In this document: one piece after another, positions 63,167 to 64,000 of the stretch
Layout: each line of letters opens with the position of its first letter
Numbering within the stretch: position 1 is the first letter of the stretch
Assembly: GCF_001194135.2 (NCBI RefSeq)
Contig: NC_068986.1
Coordinates: forward strand, 9,417,946 to 9,481,945
Origin: Octopus bimaculoides
Taxonomy: Eukaryota
Length of the DNA: 64,000 bases
Direction of reading: 5' to 3'
Notes under the pieces: model-generated
Databases searched by the model: none
Seen by the model: only the letters and a program-made list of their open reading frames with translations
What the model was told of the DNA's origin: nothing
Position numbers and translations under genes: made by a program

Positions 63167-63331
63167 ACTTTTTCTTTTTTTTTAGTTCTGTCTGCATGAT
63201 TCCTTTTCAACTGACTCTTTTTAATCTTCTCCTAATTTTAAAATGCTCATTTTTTAATGCATTCCATCTTTCTAAAGTCTCCTTTGATAATTTCCCTGAT
63301 CCATGCAGCACGTTAAGGAAAAACCTGACAA

Positions 63332-63482
63332 AATAAATCAAGTAGCTTTCCTATAATTATGGTCTGCAGTGCTAAATTTTCTTTAAACAAAGTGTTGAGA
63401 AAAAAATACAATAAATATTTTTGAAGTTATATTATTTTTTCGAGATTTTTTTTTTCATTGAATTCAGGCTTGTTTCAATAAA
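63332..63482 (+). promoter_or_regulatory. Candidate polyadenylation signals in the 3' UTR
   Basis: AATAAA at 63332, 63410 and 63477, downstream of the stop. The background is AT-rich, so which one is used cannot be determined. Confidence 0.35.
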
Positions 63483-64000
63483 ATTTGGGAAATAATTTAT
63501 ATCTTGCTAAAATATTCCTAAATAATTTTCAATTTTGTTTATTTATCAAAGCATTCTAAGTTTATGATTAAAGAGTTAATTTCATTTTTGAAATAATTTT
63601 TCCCATTTATTTATCCAGGTATGAGCTTATTTTTTAATTCTTTGTATCCACAAAGGAAAAAAAACAGTTTAACACAAAACCTTAATTGATTTAAGAAAAC
63701 TATTGATATTTGTTTTTGTTAGTTTGACAAAATTTTTGGAAATGCAGTAATTTTTCATTATCGTTAAGCCTATCATTATTTGTTAAGCCTATATATTTTG
63801 CATAACTAATTTATGCTGTCTGTTGTTTTACTTATAAATTTCTTCCTTAAACTGTGGCGCAGCTAAAAATCATAAAGTATTTGAGCAAATGGACATTTTC
63901 GATTGCTATTAAAATACATCACACTCTCACACTTGTTATAATAAGTCTTCCATGCTGTGTGCCCTAAAACCAGGAAAAGGTTTCATAATTTCCAATTTAT

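Overview
AT-rich eukaryotic DNA, probably a coleoid cephalopod (Octopus). That is inferred from the three abundant short-repeat (SINE/SINE-like) families and the dense (CA)n/(TA)n microsatellites. There are six N gaps. The whole window lies within the 3' part of one plus-strand gene whose 5' end is upstream of the window. Five conventional exons (43536-43644, 47519-47637, 49636-49779, 55487-55612, 62421-63166) splice in frame into about 414 aa: a winged-helix-like segment followed by a PNP/UDP-family nucleoside phosphorylase domain carrying the 'GVAGGVP..VRLGDVV' and 'IRGISDY.D..KNK.WQ.YAA' motifs. From memory it resembles the Drosophila CG12065 family; this needs a BLAST check. The ORF track misses the main feature. 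Over the first 37.6 kb I read an array of about 15 frame-preserving phase-1/phase-1 microexons of 12-39 nt, together 435 nt (145 aa) of acidic and proline-rich sequence. Some arose by tandem duplication of an 'LPPP' exon plus a 'VEEVxxDxD' exon. Most proline-type exons carry an Rbfox (T)GCATG motif 17-32 nt downstream of the donor, while the four acidic VEEV-type exons have none close by. This suggests a regulated, combinatorially spliced N-terminal region on a putative nucleosidase. The introns hold tRNA-derived SINEs, RTE LINE fragments, a dead mariner, piggyBac- and hAT-type MITEs, a Helitron-like end, Penelope-like termini with minimal hammerhead-like motifs, and a nested fold-back insertion. 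All exon calls are predicted from sequence alone and need RNA evidence.
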